Shown piece by piece: positions 1 to 9,070 of a stretch of DNA of 64,000 nt. Position numbers and translations under genes: made by a program. Source of the DNA: an uncultured bacterium (GTDB lineage Bacteria > Babelota > Babeliae > Babelales > JABCYS01); the NCBI GenBank assembly GCA_963705705.1, contig CAVPKK010000004.1, positions 32,741 through 96,740 of the forward strand. The letters are read 5' to 3'. Each line of letters begins with the position of its first letter. Positions within the stretch are counted from its first letter, which is position 1. Under the pieces are notes generated by a model that searched no databases, was not told the DNA's origin, and saw nothing but the letters and a program-made list of their open reading frames with translations.

Positions 1-112
1 TGGCGATAAAGTCACAACCGTTAAACCATCCGTCAAAGTACCCGAAAGTTTTTTCAAGCATTACAGTGCATTACGATCGGGCAATCTTACAATTCGCCAG
101 ATTGCCGTTGTT

Positions 113-2773
113 TTGGTACTGCTCCTCTACTTAATCATCGGCTGTTATGGTGGCTTATTCTTTTTGCTGCGGCGCAGAGAAGTAATTTGGAAACAGCCAA
201 TTTTCTGGGCATTTATCATCGCTGGGGTTTGTGCGCTTGATGAGCTTAATGGGCTGCCGCTTGCATGGATGAAATATGATACTGCTACCTCAGTAAATAA
301 CTTCTTATTCATACAATTCACCAGCATAGTTTCATCATTTATTCAAACCTTCTTAGTTACCTTGCTCGTGGCAATTATAGTCGCTGAAGGATTCACACGG
401 CTTGCATTCGGTGACAAGGTTCAGCTGTGGCGCGTCTGGTCGAAAAATGTTGCCGCAAGTCCGACAATCTTAGGCCAAACCATTGGTGGCTATCTATTAA
501 CCGGTACCGAAGTTGGATTCTCGATGGTTTTGTTTTACATCATCGCCCGGAATTATTTTGGTTGGTGGGTACCATCGCAAACATTGGCAGACCCCAACGT
601 GCTTGCCCGTTATGTACCGTGGTTACACCCTATTGCTGCGTCGCTGCATGCTGGTTTTTGGGAAGAATGTTTGTTCCGTGCAGTCCCATTAGGTGGCGCT
701 GCATTATTAGGTGAACGGTTCGGTAAACGGAATCTATTCATTGCCATTGGCATGGTTGTACAAATACTAATTTTTGGCGCCGGCCATGCCCATTATCCTG
801 CCGAACCAGCAATTGCGCGTGTTATTGAGTTGATCATTCCTTCATTCATTTTCGGCGTACTATATTTACTATATGGGCTCTTGCCAATTATCATTGCCCA
901 CTACACCTATGATGCCGCATTAATCGGCCTACCTATATTTATTTCGCATGCGCATGGCGGGATGATAGACAAGGTGATGGTTGTAATCGTCAGCTTAATT
1001 CCGCTCTGGATTATTTTATATCGTCTTATACAACAAGGCGGTTGGCGCACTGTGCCTTCCAATGCATACAATAAGGCGTATGTACCATCCGAACACGAAG
1101 CAAAACAAGCGCACATCCCGTTATCCACGCATTCAGCATTATTGGATCGACTCGGCGCAAAAAAAGTTATCGCTTCAACTACTATCTGCTTTATTGGTGC
1201 TGTGGCTGCCTGGGGCTTCCTGACCAGATTTAATCATGATGAAACGCGCTTGCATCTGGACAGAGAAAAAGCAATTGCAATTGCGCAACAAGAGCTTGCC
1301 AAGCATAACGTTGATATTCAACAATGGCATGCTCTTTCGAACGTCAGTGGCGAACCCAAGCAACAAGATCGCTATATATGGCAAGAATTCTGCCGGCCAT
1401 TGTACCGTGAGTTAATGCATGACTTTTATTTGCAACCACCGTGTTGGGAAATACGTTTTGCTACATGGCAGGGAAAATTAGCCGATCGTGCAGAAGAATA
1501 TCATGTAAACATTGCACGAGATGGTACGGTTGTGCGGTACGAGCATAAGCTGCCGCAGCACAAGCCAGGTTTGTCATTAACAGAACATGAAGCGAGGGAT
1601 GTTGCACATAAGGCTCTTTCGGCGGATGGATTTGATGTCGCAACCCTTAACGAAATGGGAGCTGTTGCCGAAAAGCAACCGGAACGCACCGATTGGAAAC
1701 TCACCTTTGAGTTAAAGCCTGAAGCACTATCGATGCCTTCATGCAAATCTACTCCACCAGATAATAAACCAACAAACCCAAGATTACGCATCGATGTCAA
1801 AATAAGCGGCGATAAAGTAACTGAAATTAAACGCTATGTGTATGTGCCGGAACAATGGTCGCGCGCAGATAAAGATAACAAGCAACTGCGGAAGGGCATC
1901 AAACATCTTATTACCTTATTTGGCTATGTTCTTATTGGCCTCGCTGCTTTATACGCGTTCATTACATTCCAATGGACTGGCAAAGTTTTATTGTTAACGG
2001 TCTTAGGACTTCTTGCACTCGGATTATTTAGCGTCGTCAACATATATGACATGTTGGCATTTAAGCTAGAAACGAGCCAATCCATTGCAGCACAACTGTT
2101 CCGGATGTTTAGCTTACTAACAGTGTTGACCATGTTCTTGGTTGGCATGCAGGCATTAGTCGCTGCTTGGTTGTATAAAATGACACATCTAAAAGAGAAA
2201 ATCCGATTGTCAGCACTATCTTTGTCGATTGCCTTAGGCGCTACATGCGCGGCACTTCTTTCATGGATGGACCGTATTTCTAGCTGCTGCGCTCCCGCAT
2301 GGGCTCACTATCAAACCGCAGGGCTTGTTTTCCCGTTGCTTGGTACTGCAGTTTCTGTAATTGATCTATTTATTAGTATCCTCATCAAACTCCTGGCTTG
2401 GGGATTGATGTGCAATGCAATCTGGTATTATGTTGGTGGACATAAACGTACTGTTTGGGCAAACACAGCAATTATCTTACTCACTATGCTTACCGCACAC
2501 ATTATCGCGGAGCCGGCCTTAGAGCATGATATTCATGGTTGGGTGATTGGCAGCATCGGATTTAGCATTATTCTAATCGTTGGTTATTACCTACTATATA
2601 GATTTGACCTGCGATTATTGATACCAACCGCAACAACCTATGTTATTATTTCGCAACTCAAGCAATTGATACTGCATGCCTTCCCTGGCGCTTGGTTGGG
2701 AGCAGCGGCTGGATTGGTTATGGTAGCACTTCTAGCTTGGGGCTGTGTTTACCTCCTGCGAAAAAGAGAGTAA
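113..2773 (+). CDS. Polytopic membrane protein. N-terminal ~300 aa is a CPBP-family intramembrane metalloprotease (CAAX protease/Abi) domain, fused to a soluble linker and a second multi-TM domain. The ORF begins with TTG, so the true start is uncertain.
   Basis: CPBP motifs FWEECLFRAVPLGG (EExxxR) and GAGHAHYP (FxxxH-like). Many hydrophobic helices. 886-aa uninterrupted ORF. Confidence 0.55.
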   Translation: MVLLLYLIIGCYGGLFFLLRRREVIWKQPIFWAFIIAGVCALDELNGLPLAWMKYDTATSVNNFLFIQFTSIVSSFIQTFLVTLLVAIIVAEGFTRLAFGDKVQLWRVWSKNVAASPTILGQTIGGYLLTGTEVGFSMVLFYIIARNYFGWWVPSQTLADPNVLARYVPWLHPIAASLHAGFWEECLFRAVPLGGAALLGERFGKRNLFIAIGMVVQILIFGAGHAHYPAEPAIARVIELIIPSFIFGVLYLLYGLLPIIIAHYTYDAALIGLPIFISHAHGGMIDKVMVVIVSLIPLWIILYRLIQQGGWRTVPSNAYNKAYVPSEHEAKQAHIPLSTHSALLDRLGAKKVIASTTICFIGAVAAWGFLTRFNHDETRLHLDREKAIAIAQQELAKHNVDIQQWHALSNVSGEPKQQDRYIWQEFCRPLYRELMHDFYLQPPCWEIRFATWQGKLADRAEEYHVNIARDGTVVRYEHKLPQHKPGLSLTEHEARDVAHKALSADGFDVATLNEMGAVAEKQPERTDWKLTFELKPEALSMPSCKSTPPDNKPTNPRLRIDVKISGDKVTEIKRYVYVPEQWSRADKDNKQLRKGIKHLITLFGYVLIGLAALYAFITFQWTGKVLLLTVLGLLALGLFSVVNIYDMLAFKLETSQSIAAQLFRMFSLLTVLTMFLVGMQALVAAWLYKMTHLKEKIRLSALSLSIALGATCAALLSWMDRISSCCAPAWAHYQTAGLVFPLLGTAVSVIDLFISILIKLLAWGLMCNAIWYYVGGHKRTVWANTAIILLTMLTAHIIAEPALEHDIHGWVIGSIGFSIILIVGYYLLYRFDLRLLIPTATTYVIISQLKQLILHAFPGAWLGAAAGLVMVALLAWGCVYLLRKRE

Positions 2774-2953
2774 TATCTTGGCGATTTGGTGGCTGCGCCA
2801 CCTAAACTTTGCGTCGCTTGCTTGGTGCTTTAGCCCAACCTCGCGCCGCTGAGTTGTATACGAAGTCAAAGCAGGGAAGCACTCGCTTCCTTGTTTGTTC
2901 TCTACCAACCAATTCCTTGAGGGCCGTTTTTTATGGTTATTTCGTTTTTCCAG

Positions 2954-4330
2954 ATGATCACCCGTCCCATGTTTGGCTCGTTCGAACGCGAAGAGTACAA
3001 AAAGTTTTTACGGATGGGATTAATCTTTACCACCCTCATTGGTTCATACTGGACCATGCGCCCGCTCAAAGATGCAATTTTTTCCGAGCTCGTTGGTGCT
3101 GCAGCAATTCCCTGGGCTAAAACGGCATCTCTCATAATCCTCATCCCAACCGTAATGTTTTATACCCGGTTATTGGATAAATATTCCCGCGAAAAAATGT
3201 TCTATATCCTCTCAGCATTTTACGGGATCACCCTGCTACTTTTTGCACTCGTATTTATTTCACCAATCGGTCTTGGCAGTGCTGAAGAAATAGCAGCACG
3301 TTCAGGCGCTGTAGCTATTCTTGATGATGCACTTGGCTATTTGTGGTATGTCTACGTAGAAAGCTTTGGTTCTCTGATCATTGCGCTTTTCTGGGCAATC
3401 GCATCTGACACAACAATGCCAGAATCAGCTAAAAAAGGGTTTCCTTTTGTAGTCTGCTTAGGCCAAATCGGCGGTATTGTTGGACCACGTTATCTTTCTC
3501 GCCTACCTCGTTATCTAAACTTTGAGACTAGTGCATTAACAGTTGCCATTGTTGGCTGCTTTGTACTTTTGGTAAGCGCATTCTTTACCTATTTCCTTAA
3601 AGCAACTCCTGCGCATCTACTTACCTCTTTCCATGGTAAAAACGAAGCTACAGAGAAAAAAGAACAAGAACCTGGCTTCCTTGAAGGTCTCAAGTTAGTG
3701 CTCGCACACAACTATTTGATCAGCATGTTTGCTGTTTACTTCTTCTACGAGTTCATCGTTACCATTTTTGACTTGCACTTTAAATTTGCAGCTGCATCAC
3801 AATACAAAGGTCTTGCACTTGCAGAGTATCTTTCACACTACGGCTCAATGGTAAACACCGTAGCACTCCTTTGCTTATTGCTTGGTGTAAGTAACATTAC
3901 TCGTTATCTTGGCATCACAATCGCATTGGTCATTCTGCCTATCATCATCTTCGGTGCACTGATTGGCTTTAACATTATCAGCCACTTGGAATTCTTATTC
4001 TGGCTCATGGTAGGCTCTAAGGCTATCAACTATGCACTTAATGGTCCGACCATGAAGCAACTATACATTCCAACTACGCATGATGTTCGCTTCAAGTCAT
4101 CTGCTTGGATCGAAACATTCGGCTCTCGCGCTTCTAAAGAAGGCGGATCACTATTCAACATGCTGCTTGGTCCATTGACCACCAAGTATGGCGTAGTTGC
4201 CGGCCGTGCGATGCACGCGATGTGGGCATCATATGTAGGCTACGCAATGGTTGCCGTTTGGGTATTCATTGCCGCATTCTTGGGCAAAACTTACAACCGC
4301 GCTATCGAAGAGAAACGCGTAGTCTGCTAA
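2954..4330 (+). CDS. Nucleotide transport protein (NTT/Tlc-type ADP/ATP translocase), copy 1
   Basis: 12-TM profile. N-terminal EREEYKKFLRMGLIFT...YWTMRPLKD and the motif FWAIASDTTMPESAKKGFPFVVCLGQIGGIVGP are typical of the Tlc/NTT family of Rickettsia and Chlamydia. Start chosen at an internal Met of the 2933 ORF. Confidence 0.85.
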   Translation: MITRPMFGSFEREEYKKFLRMGLIFTTLIGSYWTMRPLKDAIFSELVGAAAIPWAKTASLIILIPTVMFYTRLLDKYSREKMFYILSAFYGITLLLFALVFISPIGLGSAEEIAARSGAVAILDDALGYLWYVYVESFGSLIIALFWAIASDTTMPESAKKGFPFVVCLGQIGGIVGPRYLSRLPRYLNFETSALTVAIVGCFVLLVSAFFTYFLKATPAHLLTSFHGKNEATEKKEQEPGFLEGLKLVLAHNYLISMFAVYFFYEFIVTIFDLHFKFAAASQYKGLALAEYLSHYGSMVNTVALLCLLLGVSNITRYLGITIALVILPIIIFGALIGFNIISHLEFLFWLMVGSKAINYALNGPTMKQLYIPTTHDVRFKSSAWIETFGSRASKEGGSLFNMLLGPLTTKYGVVAGRAMHAMWASYVGYAMVAVWVFIAAFLGKTYNRAIEEKRVVC

Positions 4331-4390
4331 CCAGGGCTTGCCCTGGACCCGTGGAGCAATTATTCTCTACGTAGGCAGTTTTACAGATTA

Positions 4391-4420
4391 GGCCGGGAGA
4401 ACATCCCGGCCTTCTTCTTT
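4391..4420 (+). terminator. Rho-independent terminator downstream of NTT copy 1
   Basis: GGCCGGGAGAACATCCCGGCC hairpin followed by TTCTTCTTT. Confidence 0.6.
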
Positions 4421-4485
4421 GATCAAATTTTTTGTTTCACAGTTATTTTTATATATTCATCTCATTATCTTCACGTGAATGATAA

Positions 4486-4709
4486 CGCGCTCATCCTGCA
4501 TGTCCGCCAAAGCTCATGGATGTTGTAGAAATTATTATTAGATGCAAGAGGATCGCGCTCATTCTGAGGCTTCGACGAGGCTCAGCCTGTAGTCCTTCGA
4601 ATAAATTTCCTCGAGTCGAAGAGTTTACTCCTGAGTTTATCGAAGGATCGAAGAATCAAGCGCGCAAAACAACGGCATCGGCGGAAGTTGATCGAAGGAT
4701 CAGAGCGCG
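4486..4709. repeat. Composite cluster of degenerate copies of a dispersed palindromic repeat (core CGCGCTCATCCTGAG..ATCGAAGGATC..AGCGCG)
   Basis: At least three partial or complete core copies in tandem (4486, ~4620-4670, ~4688-4709). Homologous in inverse orientation to 48945-49085. Creates the spurious ORF 4516-4737. Confidence 0.7.
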
Positions 4710-4773
4710 AAGCTGGCCCTATCAAATCAGCGACTAAGAAAAAAATAAATAATCATACCTTAAAGGATAAATC

Positions 4774-5196
4774 ATGATTTGGATTTTATATGGCTTACTT
4801 TCCGCCTTCGCCGCCGCGCTCGTAGCCCTATTCGGCAAATTGGGATTAAAAGGATTTGATTCAGTACTTGCGACCACCCTTCGTTCGGGCATTCAGCTAC
4901 TCAGCATGCTTTTTTTTAGCGGTATTCTGCATCGGTTTGATCTTACAAAAATTATGGCTCTATCTGGCCGGGATTGGTTCTGGATCGCAGCCTCAGGTTT
5001 TGCAGGGGCATTATCCTGGCTGTTTTATTTTAGTGGTCTTGCAATCGGGCCGATGAATAAGATGGTGGCACTTGATCGTTTGAGTTTGGTATTCGCCATT
5101 ATCTTAAGCGCAGTTGTACTTGGTGAGAAAATCACCGCATGGACAATAATAGGAACTGCATTAATGGTCGTCGGTTCGTTCTTAATTGTTAAATAA
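4774..5196 (+). CDS. Small EamA/DMT-superfamily membrane protein (4 TM)
   Basis: 140 aa with four hydrophobic helices and an EamA-like pattern. ATG with upstream AAAGGA. Confidence 0.5.
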   Translation: MIWILYGLLSAFAAALVALFGKLGLKGFDSVLATTLRSGIQLLSMLFFSGILHRFDLTKIMALSGRDWFWIAASGFAGALSWLFYFSGLAIGPMNKMVALDRLSLVFAIILSAVVLGEKITAWTIIGTALMVVGSFLIVK

Positions 5197-5245
5197 AAAA
5201 GCATGGTCTTTGAACCAAATTTGATTCAAAGACCATGCTTACTAT
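5195..5245. terminator. Bidirectional rho-independent terminator between convergent genes
   Basis: Perfect 14-bp stem GCATGGTCTTTGAA ... TTCAAAGACCATGC flanked by an A-run and a T-run. Confidence 0.75.
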
Positions 5246-5262
5246 TAAAAAACTAATTAGTC

Positions 5263-6474
5263 CTATATTGCAGGGGCACTTGTATTCGTAGTATCAGCTA
5301 TTGGGGCGAAGATCGGTGGCTTAGTTCCACCATAATTGTTTAATAAACCATACGGTGAACCATTATTAAAGGCAATGTTATTGGCAAAAAGCGCAGTTGC
5401 AGCAGGCGAAATATAAGCAGCATAGTTTTCGAATCCATAGCCAGCGTTATAATATGCATTACAATTTTGTATCACAGCATTCGCATCTGGAGCGTCTGCT
5501 GTACCAATCAGGAAACCACTATTTGCGTTGAAGATTGCAGAACAGTTATTTATAAAACTCGATGAGCCTTCAGCACACACAAAACCATAAGAATTATTAT
5601 TTGCTGAACAATGATCAATATAAACACCCGGAGCATCAATAAATATTCCAGCGTTCGCACAGTTTGTTACAACAACATCTCGAATTGATATTTGTGCCGT
5701 TGACCCTTCGATAAGAATGCCAAATGCCGGGGCATTTTGAACAATACCATTCTTTACTGTCACATCATTCGCACTAAATACAACGATTCCATCGTTACCG
5801 CCGGCCACGGTCAGAGTGTTACCATTCAGATTAAACAAAACTTGGTTGCTTGAAATAGTAATTGGAGCCGTAATAGTTGCATTTCCACACAATATATAGG
5901 TACCCGGTACAGTAATCAGGTATCCACCTGCAACATCGGCCGGCGTAAGATAGAAAATATCGCAGCTTGGAACGCAAGAAGAACAAGCTAGAAGATTTCC
6001 TAGCACAGAGAACGTGCCATTAAAGTCTTGAACTAGCTCAGTTTTGATATCTATAAGTTCACTGAATGTGCCGTTGAAGTCATCAATAATTAGTGCTTCG
6101 AGGTCTGCTAAAACTGAGAATGTGCCATTAAAATCTGCAACGAGTGTTGCCTCAATAGCAGCAAGCATCGTGTAAGCACCACTAAGATCACAAGATCCGG
6201 AAGCACATGGGCAAGCTAAAAGGGCCTCAAGCATTGAGAATGTGCCATTGAAATCATTAACAACAAGAACTTCAAGACTATCCAAATCAGATTGGATTGA
6301 TTCTAGCATTGAGAAAGTACCATTGAAATCCGCTTCGAGTTCTGCACAACAATTAGGACGCAGACAACTTCTTTCAGCCATATCCCCGCTCATATCCATT
6401 GCGGATACATATTCCGGTGCGGCCAGCGCGCCAATACACAGAGCGGCCATTAGGGTTTGTTTAAACGACATCAT
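5263..6474 (-). CDS. Secreted right-handed beta-helix (PbH1/pectin-lyase fold) protein. The N-terminal region carries five or more DFNGTFS(x)L repeats.
   Basis: Signal peptide MMSFKQTLMAALCIGALAAPEYVSA with AAGGAG RBS. Repeated DFNGTFS motif. C-terminal PbH1-like N-x-x-A/G repeats (NCNAYYNAGYGF, HCSANNNSYGF). Paralog of 6744-8768. Confidence 0.7.
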   Translation of the reverse strand: MMSFKQTLMAALCIGALAAPEYVSAMDMSGDMAERSCLRPNCCAELEADFNGTFSMLESIQSDLDSLEVLVVNDFNGTFSMLEALLACPCASGSCDLSGAYTMLAAIEATLVADFNGTFSVLADLEALIIDDFNGTFSELIDIKTELVQDFNGTFSVLGNLLACSSCVPSCDIFYLTPADVAGGYLITVPGTYILCGNATITAPITISSNQVLFNLNGNTLTVAGGNDGIVVFSANDVTVKNGIVQNAPAFGILIEGSTAQISIRDVVVTNCANAGIFIDAPGVYIDHCSANNNSYGFVCAEGSSSFINNCSAIFNANSGFLIGTADAPDANAVIQNCNAYYNAGYGFENYAAYISPAATALFANNIAFNNGSPYGLLNNYGGTKPPIFAPIADTTNTSAPAI

Positions 6475-6680
6475 TAGAAACTCCTTTTTCCCGATTGATA
6501 CAAACAACAAGCGCTATCCCGAGTATCAATCACTTCTCGAGATGGCACATACCTTTCAGCGATACAAGTTAAGATTAACTATGGCTCAGAATGAATGGCA
6601 AGCGATGATATCAAAATGAGACGATACCGCTTTACACAAAAAGCTTTTTGGCGACACTCAGTCTAATCTTGTTTTGAGAC

Positions 6681-6726
6681 AAAAAACGAGAGGGACAGTG
6701 GCGTTAACCAAGTCCCTCTGTTTTTA
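6681..6726. terminator. Bidirectional terminator hairpin downstream of 6744-8768 (-)
   Basis: GAGAGGGAC...GTCCCTCT stem with T-runs on both strands. Confidence 0.6.
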
Positions 6727-6743
6727 AGAATATGAATTTAGGA

Positions 6744-8768
6744 TTAAGGCAATGTTGGTACTGCCACATTAGTGAATGGGTTGACGGTGGCAGTGGTCAA
6801 CAGCGTAGTGTATGAAGTCTCCATAAAGGTACCGGTTAGATTAGGTATAGAGAAATTTGCGACATCGTTATTTTGAGCCCAGTTATTGTGATATCTGTTC
6901 AAGCCAGCAGTCAATTCAGCTCCTCCAGTTGAATCATCAAATATGCCATAACCCTTGTTATTATCGAACTGTGAATTGCTTACAGCAAGATTAATCGTGC
7001 TTCCATCAACGTTCAAGCCATAAGCATTTGTACCAACCGAAAATTCCTGAGCATTATTTGCAATACAAGCATCAACATATCCGAGTTGCAAGTTATATAC
7101 CCTAAAACCAGCTGCACCAATTGCATTTGGTCCCGTAGTAATTGTGCTTCCTATAATGGTTTGTACGGTGCAATGATCAAATACAATATTAAATTGAGTA
7201 TCTTCTATTTGATCATTTCTGGTCGTAGAAAAACCTGATGCTTCGCCGCCACTAAAATTTTCAATGACGTCAGCTTGAGAATCTCGACAGACAATGCTGG
7301 AGCAAAAGTTAATAAAATGGCCGCCATCTGCAAAACCATTTCCTACAGATAAATTAGCGATCGCATGCGCGTTAAAGCGTTCCACTATCCCGCCTAGAAT
7401 ACTGGACCAGCTGAATCCTGCAGCGCCAGCAGAAGGCAAAGCGCCTCCAGAGACTATTGATGATGCCGAGCAATCGGTCATGATAATATTTTTAGAATCC
7501 GAAGCCTCGAAACCAGCGGCCATACCAATTTTTGCTATAAGATTATTGGCAACACAAGAACGTAGTATTACATCAAAAGTACCAATAGTAGTAAAACCAG
7601 CAATAATTGCTGCGAGCCCAGAGCCACCATCTGTATGCGCATTTGATTGGCAATTCAGGTATGTAATAGTCTCAGAATTATTGTCACAGAAGCCAGCAAG
7701 CCGTGATGCATTTGGTGCGATTATATTGCTGCTCTGACAGTTTTCATACAATACATCTGTTGAATTCTGTATATAAGCACCTGCAGCAGCAACCGCAAAT
7801 CCATAGTCGGAAGTTACCGCAACTGTTTGTCCAAATGAAAACTGACAATTGGTGACAAGCAAATCGCGGACACTGTCTCCAACTAAAGCTATTGAATCTG
7901 ATGCGGCTACTGTTGCATCAAGTGAAAACCCTGTTTGGAGAATGTTTACATGATCAATGGCTATTGAAAATGAGGAACGGTTCAATTGAATGCCGAACTG
8001 AGAGAAGTTTCTGATATACCCGTTTACAATCGCGATGTTACTGTTGTTGCTGGTCAATGAAATAGCAGTACATAAAGCGGTATTGTTAACCTGCTGAATT
8101 GTGTGCTCGCTCAGATCTAAGTAAACATTACGCGCAGCAATAGTAATAGCCGTCGTCCCAGGAGCAATAGGAGCAAATGCAATATCCTCCGCAAGACAAT
8201 AAACTCCCGGTGCACTAATAACATACCCGGCCGGACCAACATCTGCTTGAGTAATAGATATTGGTGTACCGCAAGGTGCCAATGCCCCAATATCGATAAG
8301 AATCTCTTCCAGCATGCTAAAGGTGCCATTAAAGTCTTGAACTAGCTCAGTTTTGATATCTATAAGTTCACTGAATGTGCCGTTGAAGTCATCAATAATT
8401 AGTGCTTCAAGGTCTGCTAAGACTGAGAATGTGCCATTAAAGTCTGCAACGAGTGTTGTCTCAATCGCGACAAGCATTGTAAAAGCACCATTAAGATCAC
8501 ATGACCCGGCAGCGCACGGGCAAGCTAAGAGAGCCTCAAGCATTGAGAATGTGCCATTAAAGTCAGCAACTAGCTCAGCTTTAATATCAATCAATTCGCT
8601 GAATGTACCATTGAAATCTGCTTCGAGTTCTGCACAGCAATTCATCTTAGGGCGCAAACAGCTTCTTGTTATTGCATCCTCGCTCATATCCATAGCGGAT
8701 ACATATTCCGGGACGAACAGCGCGCCAACACACAGAGCGGTTAATAGGGTTTGTTTAAACGACATCAT
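6744..8768 (-). CDS. Secreted beta-helix protein with DFNGTFS repeats (larger paralog)
   Basis: Near-identical signal peptide MMSFKQTLLTALCVGALFVPEYVSA. Five DFNGTFS repeats. Long PbH1-like repeat region. DNA segments ~8338-8410 and ~6037-6110 are almost identical. Confidence 0.7.
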   Translation of the reverse strand: MMSFKQTLLTALCVGALFVPEYVSAMDMSEDAITRSCLRPKMNCCAELEADFNGTFSELIDIKAELVADFNGTFSMLEALLACPCAAGSCDLNGAFTMLVAIETTLVADFNGTFSVLADLEALIIDDFNGTFSELIDIKTELVQDFNGTFSMLEEILIDIGALAPCGTPISITQADVGPAGYVISAPGVYCLAEDIAFAPIAPGTTAITIAARNVYLDLSEHTIQQVNNTALCTAISLTSNNSNIAIVNGYIRNFSQFGIQLNRSSFSIAIDHVNILQTGFSLDATVAASDSIALVGDSVRDLLVTNCQFSFGQTVAVTSDYGFAVAAAGAYIQNSTDVLYENCQSSNIIAPNASRLAGFCDNNSETITYLNCQSNAHTDGGSGLAAIIAGFTTIGTFDVILRSCVANNLIAKIGMAAGFEASDSKNIIMTDCSASSIVSGGALPSAGAAGFSWSSILGGIVERFNAHAIANLSVGNGFADGGHFINFCSSIVCRDSQADVIENFSGGEASGFSTTRNDQIEDTQFNIVFDHCTVQTIIGSTITTGPNAIGAAGFRVYNLQLGYVDACIANNAQEFSVGTNAYGLNVDGSTINLAVSNSQFDNNKGYGIFDDSTGGAELTAGLNRYHNNWAQNNDVANFSIPNLTGTFMETSYTTLLTTATVNPFTNVAVPTLP

Positions 8769-9070
8769 TAGGAACTCCTTCTTCCATGATTAATAAAAAA
8801 AGTGCAATCTCGAGCATCAATCGCATCTCGAAATCTCACTGAACTACTTTTTGGCCAATACAATTTAAGAGTACCTGCGGCAGGAAAATCCCGTCAAGCG
8901 ATAGTAGCCAAATGAAGCAATAGAGCATCCGAGAAAGCATTTTCTGATTAAGACGTGAAAATACGGCTAATTTGCAGGCCCTGTAGGCTAAAATCTGACG
9001 ATCCGGTACAATATATCATTGCAAAATGGATGTTAACTGAATATACCTGCTCCCATACCTCATTACCTTT

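Noticed and set aside
4516-4737. 73-aa ORF in the intergenic region after NTT copy 1
   Set aside because: It lies entirely within the cluster of palindromic repeats. Its PEFIEGSKNQARK peptide is just one frame of the repeat, with no RBS. Most likely non-coding.
6242-6619. Plus-strand ORFs 6242-6619, 7294-7737 and 8353-8793 with repeated NVPLKSA peptides
   Set aside because: They are antisense to the DFNGTFS-repeat genes. The repeated peptides are the reverse-complement reading of those repeats. The minus-strand genes have signal peptides and RBSs and are far longer.
6000-8650. The DFNGTFS-encoding DNA repeats considered as a CRISPR array or satellite
   Set aside because: Repeats are irregularly spaced, lie in a continuous ORF with a signal peptide, and are conserved at the protein level. 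No cas genes are present.
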